A stretch of DNA of 63,041 nt, the filler included, from Octopus bimaculoides (Eukaryota), in NCBI RefSeq assembly GCF_001194135.2. It is 4 parts of 4 records of this genome, joined end to end, with 100 filler letters (N's around TTAATTAATTAA, not from the genome) between each part and the next. Parts side by side here need not be neighbours in the genome. Positions count along the whole stretch, not along the records: positions 1 to 22,746 come from NC_068981.1; positions 22,847 to 42,533 come from NC_068996.1; 2 more parts are not named here. One strand, 5' to 3'. A model generated the notes under the pieces. The model was given only the letters and a program-made list of their open reading frames with translations. It was not told the DNA's origin and made no database searches. The position numbers were made by a program, and so were the translations under genes. The first letter of the stretch is position 1, and every line of letters starts with the position of its first letter. Of this stretch, positions 12,813-24,545 are shown piece by piece.

Positions 12813-12869
<57 letters not shown>

Positions 12870-13196
12870 GTATGCATCTATTGATCTATCTACCGATTTG
12901 TTAATCTATCTCTGGATGTGTGTATATGTGTGCATGTATGTATATATATATATATATATATATNNNNNNNNNNNNNNNNNNNNNNNNNNNNNNNNNNNNN
13001 NNNNNNNNNNNNNNNNNNNNNNNNNNNNNNNNNNNNNNNNNNNNNNNNNNNNNNNNNNNNNNNNNNNNNNNNNNNNNNNNNNNNNNNNNNNNNNNNNNNN
13101 NNNNNNNNNNNNNNNNNNNNNNNNNNNNNNNNNNNNNNNNNNNNNNNNNNNNNNNNNNNNNNNNNNNNNNNNNNNNNNNNNNNNNNNNNNNNNNNN

Positions 13197-13305
13197 NGTG
13201 GCACCTTGAGCAAGTGTTTTCTACTATAGCCTAGGGCCGACTAAAGCCTTGTGAGTGGATTTGGTAGACGGAAACTGAAAGAAGCCCGTCGTATATACGT
13301 ATGTG

Positions 13306-13342
<37 letters not shown>

Positions 13343-13560
13343 TTGTGGGTCTGTGTTTGTCTCCCAACATCGCTTGACAACTGATGGTGGTGTGTTTACG
13401 TCACCGTACCTTAGCGGTTCGACAAGAGAGACCGACAGAATAAGTACTACACGCTTACAAAGAATAAGTCCTGGGGTCGATTTGCTCGACTAAAGGCGGT
13501 GCTCCAGCATGGCCGCAGTCAAATGACTGAAACAAGTAAAAGAGTAGAGAGTAAAGAGTA
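13197..13560 (+). mobile_element. SINE family A (head lost in gap), with internal microsatellite and (AAAGAGT)-type tail
   Basis: Order is core, GAAACTGAAAGAAGCCCGTCG, (TA)/(TG) tract, body, then tail GGCGGTGCTCCAGCATGGCCGCAGTCAAATGACTGAAACAAGTAAAAGAGTA. Confidence 0.9.
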
Positions 13561-13675
13561 TATATATGTATATACACATAAACATATATACATATATATA
13601 TACACAAATGAATTATTAAGGTTGCCATTCGCAATTTACATCCGAAAGTAATTTACATCACTAAAGTGACTGAGG

Positions 13676-13738
<63 letters not shown>

Positions 13739-14101
13739 TACATCGATATATATGTGTGTGTGTACATACACATATATCATTTACTAAAGCTGATTGGTAT
13801 ATATTTGTTTATAATAATAATAATAATAATAATGGTTTCAAATTTTGCCACAATGGCTGCAATTTTGGGGAGAAATAATAAAAATAATCGTAACAAGAAG
13901 TGAAAAGACAAACGAACATTTCCACACCACAATATATCATTTGGCTTCCGATGTTATTTTACGATTTAGTTGTTATTTTTTAATGGTAGAAAATGAAAAA
14001 GTTTCCAATGCAGAAAAATAAAATTATATTATCCTACAGCACAATAAATCATGTTAAGTAATGATCGCTTGATTCTGTTGGTAGATAAATAATATAATAT
14101 G

Positions 14102-14144
<43 letters not shown>

Positions 14145-14579
14145 ATGATACTCACGCATAATCATCTGTATGATTTTCAAAAAATAGCCATAGTTCATGA
14201 TTTTTATTGTTGTTGTTTAACACCAGGTCAGGCCTGGTCGAGCAAATCAACGATAAAAGAACGTTCTAGTTGTAAGCATTCCCTCCTATTTATTTATTTA
14301 TTTATTTATATTGATATTCTTGTTTATCTCTACTACTTCCAGAATCTCATTGGCCAATGAGTTATTTTTTCTTTTTTTTCTGCTTTTAATTCGTCAGATA
14401 TTGATTAATAGAAAATTTGGTTAGTAAATCTGGTAGGACGTACGTCCATGTAGAACCGTTAGCAATAGTTTCAGATGTCTATATTAATGGCAGCGATATA
14501 TATTTGGTAAATCTACACACACACGCGCGCGCTCGCGCGCTCGCACAAACATATGTATGTAAGTATATATATGTACGTA

Positions 14580-14610
<31 letters not shown>

Positions 14611-14647
14611 ACATGGAGTATGTATCACTTTTTTCCCCACTCTAACA

Positions 14648-14679
<32 letters not shown>

Positions 14680-15488
14680 NNNNNNNNNNNNNNNNNNNNN
14701 NNNNNNNNNNNNNNNNNNNNNNNNNNNNNNNNNNNNNNNNNNNNNNNNNNNNNNNNNNNNNNNNNNNNNNNNNNNNNNNNNNNNNNNNNNNNNNNNNNNN
14801 NNNNNNNNNNNNNNNNNNNNNNNNNNNNNNNNNNNNNNNNNNNNNNNNNNNNNNNNNNNNNNNNNNNNNNNNNNNNNNNNNNNNNNNNNNNNNNNNNNNN
14901 NNNNNNNNNNNNNNNNNNNNNNNNNNNNNNNNNNNNNNNNNNNNNNNNNNNNNNNNNNNNNNNNNNNNNNNNNNNNNNNNNNNNNNNNNNNNNNNNNNNN
15001 NNNNNNNNNNNNNNNNNNNNNNNNNNNNNNNNNNNNNNNNNNNNNNNNNNNNNNNNNNNNNNNNNNNNNNNNNNNNNNNNNNNNNNNNNNNNNNNNNNNN
15101 NNNNNNNNNNNNNNNNNNNNNNNNNNNNNNNNNNNNNNNNNNNNNNNNNNNNNNNNNNNNNNNNNNNNNNNNNNNNNNNNNNNNNNNNNNNNNNNNNNNN
15201 NNNNNNNNNNNNNNNNNNNNNNNNNNNNNNNNNNNNNNNNNNNNNNNNNNNNNNNNNNNNNNNNNNNNNNNNNNNNNNNNNNNNNNNNNNNNNNNNNNNN
15301 NNNNNNNNNNNNNNNNNNNNNNNNNNNNNNNNNNNNNNNNNNNNNNNNNNNNNNNNNNNNNNNNNNNNNNNNNNNNNNNNNNNNNNNNNNNNNNNNNNNN
15401 NNNNNNNNNNNNNNNNNNNNNNNNNNNNNNNNNNNNNNNNNNNNNNNNNNNNNNNNNNNNNNNNNNNNNNNNNNNNNNNNNNNNNNTA

Positions 15489-15700
15489 TATACTCTTTTA
15501 CTCTTTTACTTGTTTCAGTCTTTTGACTGTGGCCATGCTGGAGCACCGCCTTTAGTCGAGCAAATCGACCCCAGGACTTATTCTTTGGAAGCCTAGTACT
15601 TATTCTTTCGGTCTCTTTTGCCGAACCGCTAGGTTACAGGGACATAAACAAACCAGCATCGGCTGTCAAGCGATGTTGGGGGGACAAACACAGACATACA
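15489..15700 (-). mobile_element. SINE family A, 3' half
   Basis: Reverse complement of the body and tail of the 13197 copy. It stops at the internal microsatellite. Confidence 0.9.
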
Positions 15701-15707
15701 AACACAT

Positions 15708-15740
<33 letters not shown>

Positions 15741-16336
15741 GGCGGAGGAAGAAAAACAGAGATTAACACAAGTTTATATAAAGTTGTTACGCTCTTCTCA
15801 GCCGACTTTTAGTATTATATTAACTCCCATGCGAATTATAATTTCACTGAATATCTTTACTTTAAATTAACAACAAAATAATTCTATAATTATTATTCAT
15901 TAATGTTTCCAAATAAACAGACAAACAGACAGATTAGAACATGTTAAAATTCAAGAGGGAAACAAATTCGAGTGGTGTACGTTGGGCTAAACACGAATAT
16001 TTAATCTAATAATTGTTGTGTTGATGTACAGGTATTTTTAATAAAGAATTTTGCATTCAAATAATAAATACATTGAAATTGTTGTTAATGTTCTGAATGA
16101 ATGTGGGAATTTCGAGTAAGCCTAGCTATGATATGTTTATATATATATATGTGTATATATATATATATATTTATTAGTAAGGGTAGAAATTGATATTAAT
16201 CAATTAGAACCAGTGGTCTAGTATATTAAAAAATCCGAAGATTAAAATTATATTACATACAAACATAAGAGGAATAACCAGCAAAAGTGGACTCCTATAT
16301 GCTAGGAATAGATGCCGATTCGGCATCTTATTTTTG

Positions 16337-16400
<64 letters not shown>

Positions 16401-16527
16401 ATTAAATAATAAATTTACAGCATTGAATCTAATATTCCTCTAATTATTAGACTTTATAGTGTGACTGTCCCTACCTCTTCTACACCTCATCATGCTCATG
16501 GCCAAATCAGTGAATGGTTGCTGAAAG

Positions 16528-16785
16528 CTATGCTGAAAGCAGATTGGGATCAGGCAATACTTCACCGAGAGGAGATATAAGTTTCTGCTTATTCCTGTCT
16601 GAAGTATCGTCCGATACTTCAGACTTATCGTCCGATGAATTTACTTTGTTGACATTCTTCATCGACAGAATTTTTATACCTTTCAACCTTTCAGTCAAGT
16701 CTGCCTTTCTTCCAGTAACATACTGTCCATATAATCTTAAATATTTCTTTAACTCAGGCACAGTAAGTACTTCGATAAGTACCAT
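16528..16785 (-). pseudogene. SAP-domain ORF (85 aa), probably the N-terminus of a DNA-transposon accessory protein
   Basis: LTVPELKKYLRLYGQYVTGRKADLTERLKG fits the SAP motif and is followed by an acidic linker and KL..P.GE.LPDP.LL. The start context ATCATGG is good. The ORF ends at a TAG next to a 9-bp duplication (CTTTCAGCA x2). Confidence 0.7.
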
Positions 16786-16969
16786 GATGAGACGTAAAAC
16801 AATAACAATAGCGTGGATAGTCTGCGGAAGTTTAATTGTCTACATGGAGCGCCACCTAGCCAAGGGAGATAACCTACTTATAGGAAAGCCCTATAGTGTT
16901 AAACATTTATACTATGCAATTGGTTTTGTGAATAAACGCTGTCAGACTGTCAATGGTCCTATCTCTGCC

Positions 16970-17282
16970 GAGTGCGGACCATGTACTGCAGCAGCTTCGG
17001 ATTCAAGGGGCCACAGCTATTTAACGCCTTGCCAAACTTTCTAAGAGATTTTCATGGAGTAGAGGTAGATGTCTTCAAGAAACAACTTGATCTCCCGCTG
17101 TTCAAGGCCCCAGATGATCCCTTGTCACGGCAAGAAACTCCCAAAAGGCAGTAGTGTCGAAATCCCCCTTCACCAAAGGCCAATTGCATACGAATGGCTA
17201 TTGAAAAGGTGGTTTTATTGGCGGTGCTCCATCATGGCCACAGCCTTTGTGCTCAAAACTTACAAAAGAATAAAAGAATCTG
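16970..17282 (+). mobile_element. CR1/L2-type LINE 3' end
   Basis: Peptide SFGFKGPQLFNALPNFLRDFHGVEVDVFKKQLDL...APDDP matches CR1-group C-termini. The 3' UTR ends GGCGGTGCTCCATCATGGCCACAGC...AAAAGAATAAAAGAAT. Confidence 0.85.
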
Positions 17283-17319
17283 GATAAGTTAGGGTTTCCA
17301 GAAGAAAAAAATCAACCAC

Positions 17320-17433
17320 CTGCAAATCATGCACCTTCAAAATGCAATCTTTAAGTGGAACAGTAAAATTATGCAAGACTTTTCTCAAGTTTAACATGTG
17401 ACTTTTCCCCAATGATGGAGCTTTGTACCTATG
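17320..17433 (-). CDS. Candidate exon HRYKAPSLGKSHMLNLRKVLHNFTVPLKDCILKVHDLQ
   Basis: Acceptor CTTGTTTTTAG, donor CAG|GTGGTT, 114 nt, phase 0-0, compatible with the 23712 donor. Confidence 0.3.
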
Positions 17434-17919
17434 CTAAAAACAAGCTCCTTCCGCAGAGGGAGACTTCAAATAATTAAAAATAGAAGGAAACTCGCATGCG
17501 TAAATATTATTTGATTGCCTTCATACACCTATATCTGATAGACTCACCATCAACTTCATTAGCTTCTAAACAGTATCACTTTATACAGAAGTACCTAGGA
17601 AACTGTTCATCCCTTAGAACCTGTGCAGGCCTATAAATCACAACTACTTTTCAAAATGATCACACACCCCACACACACACACACTTCACACATATATCCT
17701 ACATGGAAGATGTGACGTTCTGATGTTTATGGCTTCTCGTTTGTGTCCTTTTACATTCGTAAGTAATAAATAAAGGAAAGCGCAACAATTTTGGAACGCG
17801 TTATTTCGATATCAATCTCTTTCACATTCTTCGTTATTCCCCCGAACGATTAACAACTTCAGTCCTTCGGCAAAGATTTATTTTTTGTGTTTTTATTAAG
17901 TTATACCAATCTGATTCTC

Positions 17920-17973
17920 TTGATTACCTTCTCTCTCTTGATTACCTTCTCTCTCTTGATTACCTTCTCTCTC
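17920..17973. repeat. 18-bp tandem repeat x3 (TTGATTACCTTCTCTCTC)
   Basis: Three exact copies read directly. Confidence 0.95.
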
Positions 17974-18099
17974 TCCAAGCCGCACCAGACTTCTTATCAC
18001 TGTTATTCTGTTTTTATTCCTGGTCTCTTAATTTTTTTTTCTTCTTGTCGAAGATTTAATGTCCCTGCATTTCGATATAATTGCGAGTGTTTACATTAA

Positions 18100-18990
18100 T
18101 GTGCTCTTCTATGTCTATAGAACATTAGATTATATACTTTGCTGTTTAAATTATGAAGTAGTATCTTAAATTATCACCTGTCGTTTATATAATTCAATTT
18201 TCGAAGAGTATTTATTGGGTGTCTTCGTGTAGTTTTATGGCTTTTTGTCACGTAGATCTCGTAGATTCTGAGCATCTTTTACCAAATCTGTAGTTTTTGT
18301 TTTCCTTTTTGTAAAGCAATGTTTTTACAAGAATTTGTCAATCTCGATACAGAAAGTCATAAACCATAATTATTCTGGATCTTTCGATATCATCTTCTTT
18401 AGTCCCCATTTAGTTCTCGTTTGTATTGTCGATAATTCGGTAGTGTGTAGATGCTGTGGCTATATTTAGAGACTGTTGTATAGATTTCAAGTTCACTTAA
18501 TTTGGAACAATATCGCATCTATTCGTTCTACATACGCTCTGCCAGATTCGAACGTGAATGTCTAATCTCTGTTATTTTTCTTCAGCCGATGCGAGTTCGT
18601 GTTCTCACGTGCGCCCCATGAACTTTTATTTATAGATCAGCACGCATCGGTAAATAATTCGTTTGCTCTCTTCTAGAAACAACATCTCGTGATCTAGTTG
18701 GAATCAGCGGTCCGGCGAAGCAGCTTTGACAGGCTTTCCATCTTTTATTTAGTTGGCAATGTAATAAAGTGGACCATACAACACAGAACGAAAGAATCTT
18801 TAACGAATGGTCAAATAGGAAACAAAACATGACTTTAATCTTCTAGAATTCCTCCGCTCAGCATCAATGTAAGTTGACTTCTTCCGCTGCCTCTTCACAA
18901 TCTGCCATGCAGCTGTCCCATGATTTCGCCGTATCCCTGGAAGCGTGGCTGAACAGATGTTACGCCTTGCCAAATTTCTTAATTGGAATA
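18100..18990 (-). mobile_element. Decayed Penelope-like N-terminal region
   Basis: Stop-interrupted frame (DHEMLFLEESKRIIYR...QRLDIHVRI...KAIKLHEDTQ*NTLRKLNY) resembles the helical N-terminal domain of PLE ORFs. It lies next to the HHR element. Confidence 0.4.
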
Positions 18991-19149
18991 AAGAGGGAGA
19001 TATAAGAATATTGTATAATCACCAAAATTATTAAAAAACAAAATTTCTGAAATAGAAGAACCGGAAGGAGGAGAAAGCATTCTGGGTAGATGACAAAATA
19101 ACGTACCAAAGTGTATTTCCCTGATGGTTCCTGACTTCAGTAAACATAC

Positions 19150-19420
19150 AGTTCGATATTTAAGAGATGAGCAATTATGTACATTATTTACATTTGACGG
19201 ATATTTGTTCTCATCTTGTTTGTTGTTGACACAGCGTTTCGACTGATATACCCTCCAGCCTTCATCAGGTGTCTTGGGGAAATTTCAACCCTGGGTTCTC
19301 ATTCCTAAGGTATTTTTCGATGTTATTATTATTATTATTATTATTGAAGTCAGTGCCTGGAATCGAACTCAGAATCTTGGGGTTAGTAACCCGCGCTCTT
19401 AACCACTGTGCCATATCCCC
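19150..19420 (-). mobile_element. tRNA-headed SINE-like element carrying a hammerhead ribozyme
   Basis: Minus strand order: A-box TGGCACAGTGG (19413-19403), B-box GTTCGATTCC (19368-19359), (AAT)n, HHR (19273-19228), AT-rich tail. No clear TSD. Confidence 0.85.
19228..19273 (-). ncRNA. Type I minimal hammerhead ribozyme
   Basis: GACAC CUGAUGA A GGCUG GAGGGUAUAU CAGUC GAAAC GCU GUGUC. Stem I is GACAC/GUGUC, stem II is GGCUG/CAGUC, and the CUGAUGA and GAAA cores are intact. The cleavage triplet is GCU rather than GUH. Confidence 0.85.
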
Positions 19421-19924
19421 CAATACATCACAGAATTACGAATAAAGATGAAAAGTAGATTTGTACATGAGAAATGCTTCTGAAATGAATCTGTTTTTCT
19501 GTTTCCTTAAAAAAGCAAATAAACTTGGTTCAAATCGCAAAGAACAAACATAGAAAGTGAATAACGGTTGCTGATTTCAGAAGAACAGTTTGCCTTGCGT
19601 GTATTGTTAAATATTTCATTCTAAGATTTGCGTAAAAGAAGGATTTCGTGCATTGAGAAATCTGCAACACTTACTTTAATGATTAAGTTGAGAGTAATTT
19701 TAGGGCTGCTGCTGTCGCTGTTGTTATTTTGACTGATGATGATGATGGTGGTGGTGATAATGATGATGAAAAAGAGGAAGTGGGGTAGAAGAATCCAGAG
19801 AACGAAGGTTCGGTCTCAGCAGTTGGTGTTAAAATTTGGCGTAAGAAATTTGCGATATTTTAAAATTTTACAGTTGAAGGGCTGTGAGAAGATTTTAGAT
19901 TTTAAGCTTGAAAATCTATCTTTT

Positions 19925-20122
19925 TTCTTTATCTTTCACTTGTTTCAGTCATTAGACTGTGGCCATGCTGAAGCACCAGTTTGAAGGATTTTAATCGCAC
20001 TTTTTTAAGCCTGGTTTTCAAGCGGTGATGAGGAAAAACACAGACACAAGAACGGACACACCTAAGTATGTATGTATATATGTATGTATGTATATATGTA
20101 TGTATGTATATATGTATGTATG

Positions 20123-20156
<34 letters not shown>

Positions 20157-20397
20157 AGTGTGTGTGTGTGTGCGTGTGTGTATATGTGCGTGTGTGTGTG
20201 AATGCATGTGTGTATGTGTGTGAGTGTGTATGTGTGTGTGTGTATACCACAGGTTTCTTTCAGTTTCCGTCTACCAGATCCACTGATGTGGCTTTAATCG
20301 GTTCGAGACTATAGTCGAAGACACTCGCCCATGGTGCCTTGCAATGGGACTGAACCCGGAACAATGTGATTGGGAAGTAAATTTCTTACCACACAAT
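19925..20397 (-). mobile_element. SINE family A, diverged near-full copy with expanded internal microsatellite
   Basis: Tail at ~19925-19980, microsatellite at ~20065-20245, core and head at ~20245-20397. Confidence 0.85.
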
Positions 20398-21412
20398 AGT
20401 TTTTTTTAATAAAATGCTGGATATATTGAGTTTGGAGGAGAAAGCATTACCAAACCGAGTGAGATACGTAGCTATCGTTTAAAACCAAAATAATTTATGA
20501 TAGAAGAGGGGCGATTAATATTTTTGGCAATGATAGGATACATATGAGAGCAGAGGTTACATAACACAGCGGTAATTGTTATAAGAACAAAGATGATTTC
20601 TCAAACCTTGAACAGATTTAGAAAATAAATCAAGGATAGTTGATAGACCCCGTATGAGCTTATATTAAATAATATGGCAACCGTCAGCCCGTCAGAGATG
20701 GCGAGAGACATAAAAGCTTGCCAGCACGAAGCCCTGATTCGGTATTGAGTTTGGCAGCGCTGTTATAAGTGTGTGCTTCATTATACTTTCTCATCAATTC
20801 ATTCGACTACGGTAGTCTATTATATAGAGGAACCCAGTAACGCCAATGTAGAAACTATCAATAGAATCGAATCGAATAATTATATCAGTGAACATGCAAG
20901 AAGCGGTTGAGATGAATTGTGGGTATTTTATATGTAAATGCAGAGGGCAGAACCATCGCTGTTAATGAAAACGGTTGCATCTGATGTGGTTGGCATCAAA
21001 CACAAACATACAAGACAAGAGAGTTCTACAGCTAATCGAAAGAAAGTAGTTTTCGCCTGCCTGCCGCTGAAAATTAAGTTAGATTTAATGAAAAATGTTT
21101 ATGAAGGCAAAACTGAATAGGTTTTCGGTGGTTTGATGAGAAAGTTGGGTATATCAAGGTTCCGAAATTAAAAGCGAGGATGTTTGGCGTAACAAAGTTT
21201 TTCAAGATGAAAGATCTTTCAATAGATTTTGGTGCTTGTCAGAAATGACGGAATGGAAGGATTTCAAATGGATCGCTGTGAATATATAAATATGTGTGTG
21301 TGTGTGAAAGTGTGTACATACATATATATATATATATGTTTGTGTGTGTGTCATATATATACATATACGTATATGTATATATATATGTGTGTGTGTGTGT
21401 GTCATATATACA

Positions 21413-21459
<47 letters not shown>

Positions 21460-21559
21460 NNNNNNNNNNNNNNNNNNNNNNNNNNNNNNNNNNNNNNNNN
21501 NNNNNNNNNNNNNNNNNNNNNNNNNNNNNNNNNNNNNNNNNNNNNNNNNNNNNNNNNNN

Positions 21560-21618
<59 letters not shown>

Positions 21619-22790
21619 ATATATGCATATATTCATATATACACACATACATATACATATATACGAGCATAGAAATATTTTCCGAAATTCTTACACACAC
21701 ACATATATATATGTATGTATGCCTAGATGTGTGTACACGCTTTCGTGTGAGTATATACTGATGTAAATTTAGTTAAAGTTAAAACCAGCAAAAATGTATT
21801 GACGAAACGACTCAATACTTGATTTAGAGTCAGATAGTGAAATATTAACTTTAAATGAGTTGTTGACTGTAACTTCGAAGTTTTGCTCAAGAAGCACTTC
21901 ACACATTGCTGGATAAATCAGCCGGTGAATCCTTGAAGTCACTTTGAACTCTCCTTGCATTACGCGCGCGCACACACACACGCGCGCGCGCATAATACAT
22001 ATTTACGTTGGTTCGTAAAAGTCCACAGAACCGTGATTGCCGCTGACGTCATACTCATCGTTATCCTCATCATCACCATCATCATTATTACCATCACCCC
22101 TAACATCGTTATCGTCATCATCATCATCATCATCATCATTGGTGCCCTAGTCGAAACCTCTGTCTCCTCTGAAGTTAGTATCCGCCTTACTAATGTGGTT
22201 TGCATTGAGAGAAATCTCCATCGAACCGAGCCTCCTCTATAGAATATTAGGATATCAGTTGGAATGCCTACAATGATTGCGGTGATTGCTATATTGATCA
22301 ATAGAAGACTAATCGAACGACCATAGCGAGCTTCTCCTCCACCGTTGTTGAGTGTTAACATCAATGTATTGATGTCACTTCAGAGACAGTGCCAGAGATG
22401 GAGCAATAGCAAGCAATTTATCATTTCATACGGCAGCATACAAACTGAGCATTTCAAAGAATTTTCGCAGAGTTACTCTTTCAAACGTTTCCATTGGCTC
22501 CGAAGTTTGTCAGATGGCTTCTGCTATCCGATGCCATCCATCAACTGTAAATATTTTTATAATAACATTTCATTGTACATAACTAACACATATGTGCAAG
22601 AAATAATTATGTTCATTCTGTCGTTATTCAAGTATCTTGTATTATTGGTGTCTACACTTGTTTAGAATTACCTGTAGCAGACCTACGCACACATACAAAC
22701 AGGCGCATATACACACATAGATGTTTATGCTTATATATATATATATNNNNNNNNNNNNNNNNNNNNNNNNNNNNNNNNNNNNNNNNNNNN

Positions 22791-22802
22791 TTAATTAATT
22801 AA
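22791..22802. other. Assembly gap spacer: 44 N + TTAATTAATTAA + 44 N (also at 42578-42589 and 51817-51828)
   Basis: An identical 12-mer is centred in three exactly 100-nt gaps. It gives stops in all six frames. Confidence 0.95.
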
Positions 22803-23065
22803 NNNNNNNNNNNNNNNNNNNNNNNNNNNNNNNNNNNNNNNNNNNNTGTGTGTGTGTGTTTAATAATATATCATAATAATAATATTTTACTCTCTAATTT
22901 GAAGTGACAATTTTTAAATACAAATGACTGAAAATGATGAGCTAACCCCAGCCTTACGCGTTTGTTTACAAATATTATGTTTGTATGTATGAATGTATGT
23001 ATGTATGTATGTATGTATGTATGTATGTATGTATGTATGTATGCGTGTGCGTGTGTGTGTGTGTA

Positions 23066-23190
23066 GGCGCAAGCGTGGATGTGTGGTAAGAAGCTTGCTT
23101 CCCAACCACATGGCCCCAGATTCAGATTATGTATGTACTAGAATCAATGGCCGCACTCTAATGACTGAAACAAGTAAAAGGAAACAAAAA
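23066..23190 (+). mobile_element. SINE family A, internally deleted (head joined to tail)
   Basis: GTGTGGTAAGAAGCTTGCTTCCCAACCACATGG followed shortly by ATGGCCGCACTCTAATGACTGAAACAAGTAAAAG. Confidence 0.75.
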
Positions 23191-23711
23191 GACGAAGAGG
23201 CACATACGCGCACACGCACACACACAGACACACACACACACGACTGTAGAGAGTGCGCGCACGTTTGTATGAGTTTGTATACAAATGCGTGTATTTGTAT
23301 TTAAATTCATGTGAGTTCTTCAAATTAGTTTATAATGACCCAACGCACCATTTTCTATTTTATTCTTATTTCTAATTTAGAGAACTCTATTCTTAAATGT
23401 TTGTTATGTAATTATCATATATTTTCTTGTAATTTATTCCATTCTATTTTGCGGTGATTTTGCTTTACTAAACTCGTTTTGACTTGCATTTTGCAGAGGC
23501 TACGAACTACAGACTTTCAGTTTCATAGCTGTTTACTTCCAATCGACTTTGTAATTTTATTAAAATTATTACATAGTGCTTATTTTGATTGTGACACTTA
23601 TTTAAGGTACAAGTTTGTGTATGTTTGTGTGGTGGTGGTGGTGGTGGTGGTGGTGGTGGAGGTAGTGAGGGAATGAATGTCTTCATATTTTCCAAGAAAT
23701 TGAAAACGTAC

Positions 23712-23836
23712 CTCAAACGAGCAATCTACGAAAAGGAAGAAGATAAGCACCAAAGAAAGCCCAACCGTAATCAAAATGCGATTCCGTTTAAATTTCTCAA
23801 AGAACTTCACCGTATATTCTGACTGCGAAAAGTTTC
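23712..23836 (-). CDS. Candidate coding exon with a transmembrane segment (NFSQSEYTVKFFEKFKRNRILITVGLSLVLIFFLFVDCSFE)
   Basis: Donor GAG|GTACGT, acceptors at 23836 (phase 1) or 23822 (phase 0), open frame. A basic stretch followed by 17 hydrophobic residues suggests a type II anchor. Confidence 0.45.
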
Positions 23837-24545
23837 CTGCAATTAATTTTCAAATATTCCGATGTTGAGAGTCGACTGGAGAGTTGTTCAACAGATAGAA
23901 CGTCAACGTTAGTTTCAAATGCACCTCTAACATTGGGGACATAAAATGCAGCAAAACAACAGTGTATATGTAACAACAATGCGCTTATGTAATCACGCAT
24001 TAACCTTGTATCTAACAATCAAATATATAACTGGCATCTTAGCTTTCCCTGATTCATTTATATAAGGGAGATAATGATAATTCTAATTATAAATTTGAAG
24101 AGTGTTATGCGAATTCAATGGGAAAAGTAAATAAGTAGCATGAGATTAACAAGGGACTCTACGTTGTTGACCGAGCTGTTACAACAAGATATACCTTGAA
24201 GTAAACAATTTACATTTACATTCATTAAAAATAATTGGATGCATAGGGCAATGTAGTCCTACACAGCTGAAACAAAACGATGAGATGTACACTGTTGGAG
24301 TGCATTTGTTCATAGATCCAAAGAACCATAGATGCTCAAGTATAAACAGCAGCTACAGTGAGTCACGTTATTTTATTATAAATACGTTTAACATAAAAAT
24401 TTTGTATCATTTCTGTGACTGGAAAAATTTCAAATAGTATCTAAGACACGAGACTTAATTTTTTGTTTAATGTTAGATAACAAACGCGATTATAAAAATA
24501 TACTTTTACTTAACCAATTCCAATAGATTCGCGAATTGGCTTGAG

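Noticed and set aside
16310-16328. AGATGCCGA-T-TCGGCATCT palindrome
   Set aside because: It is short and isolated with no associated structure, and is plausible as chance or an old repeat.
19345-19420. tRNA gene
   Set aside because: A and B boxes are present but there is no acceptor-stem closure. It continues into (AAT)n and a repeat body, so it is a SINE head. The same applies to 5511, 53016 and 57680.
22791-22802. TTAATTAATTAA islands in gaps (also 42578, 51817) as a biological motif
   Set aside because: Each is centred in an exact 44N+12+44N = 100-nt block, which is an assembly spacer.
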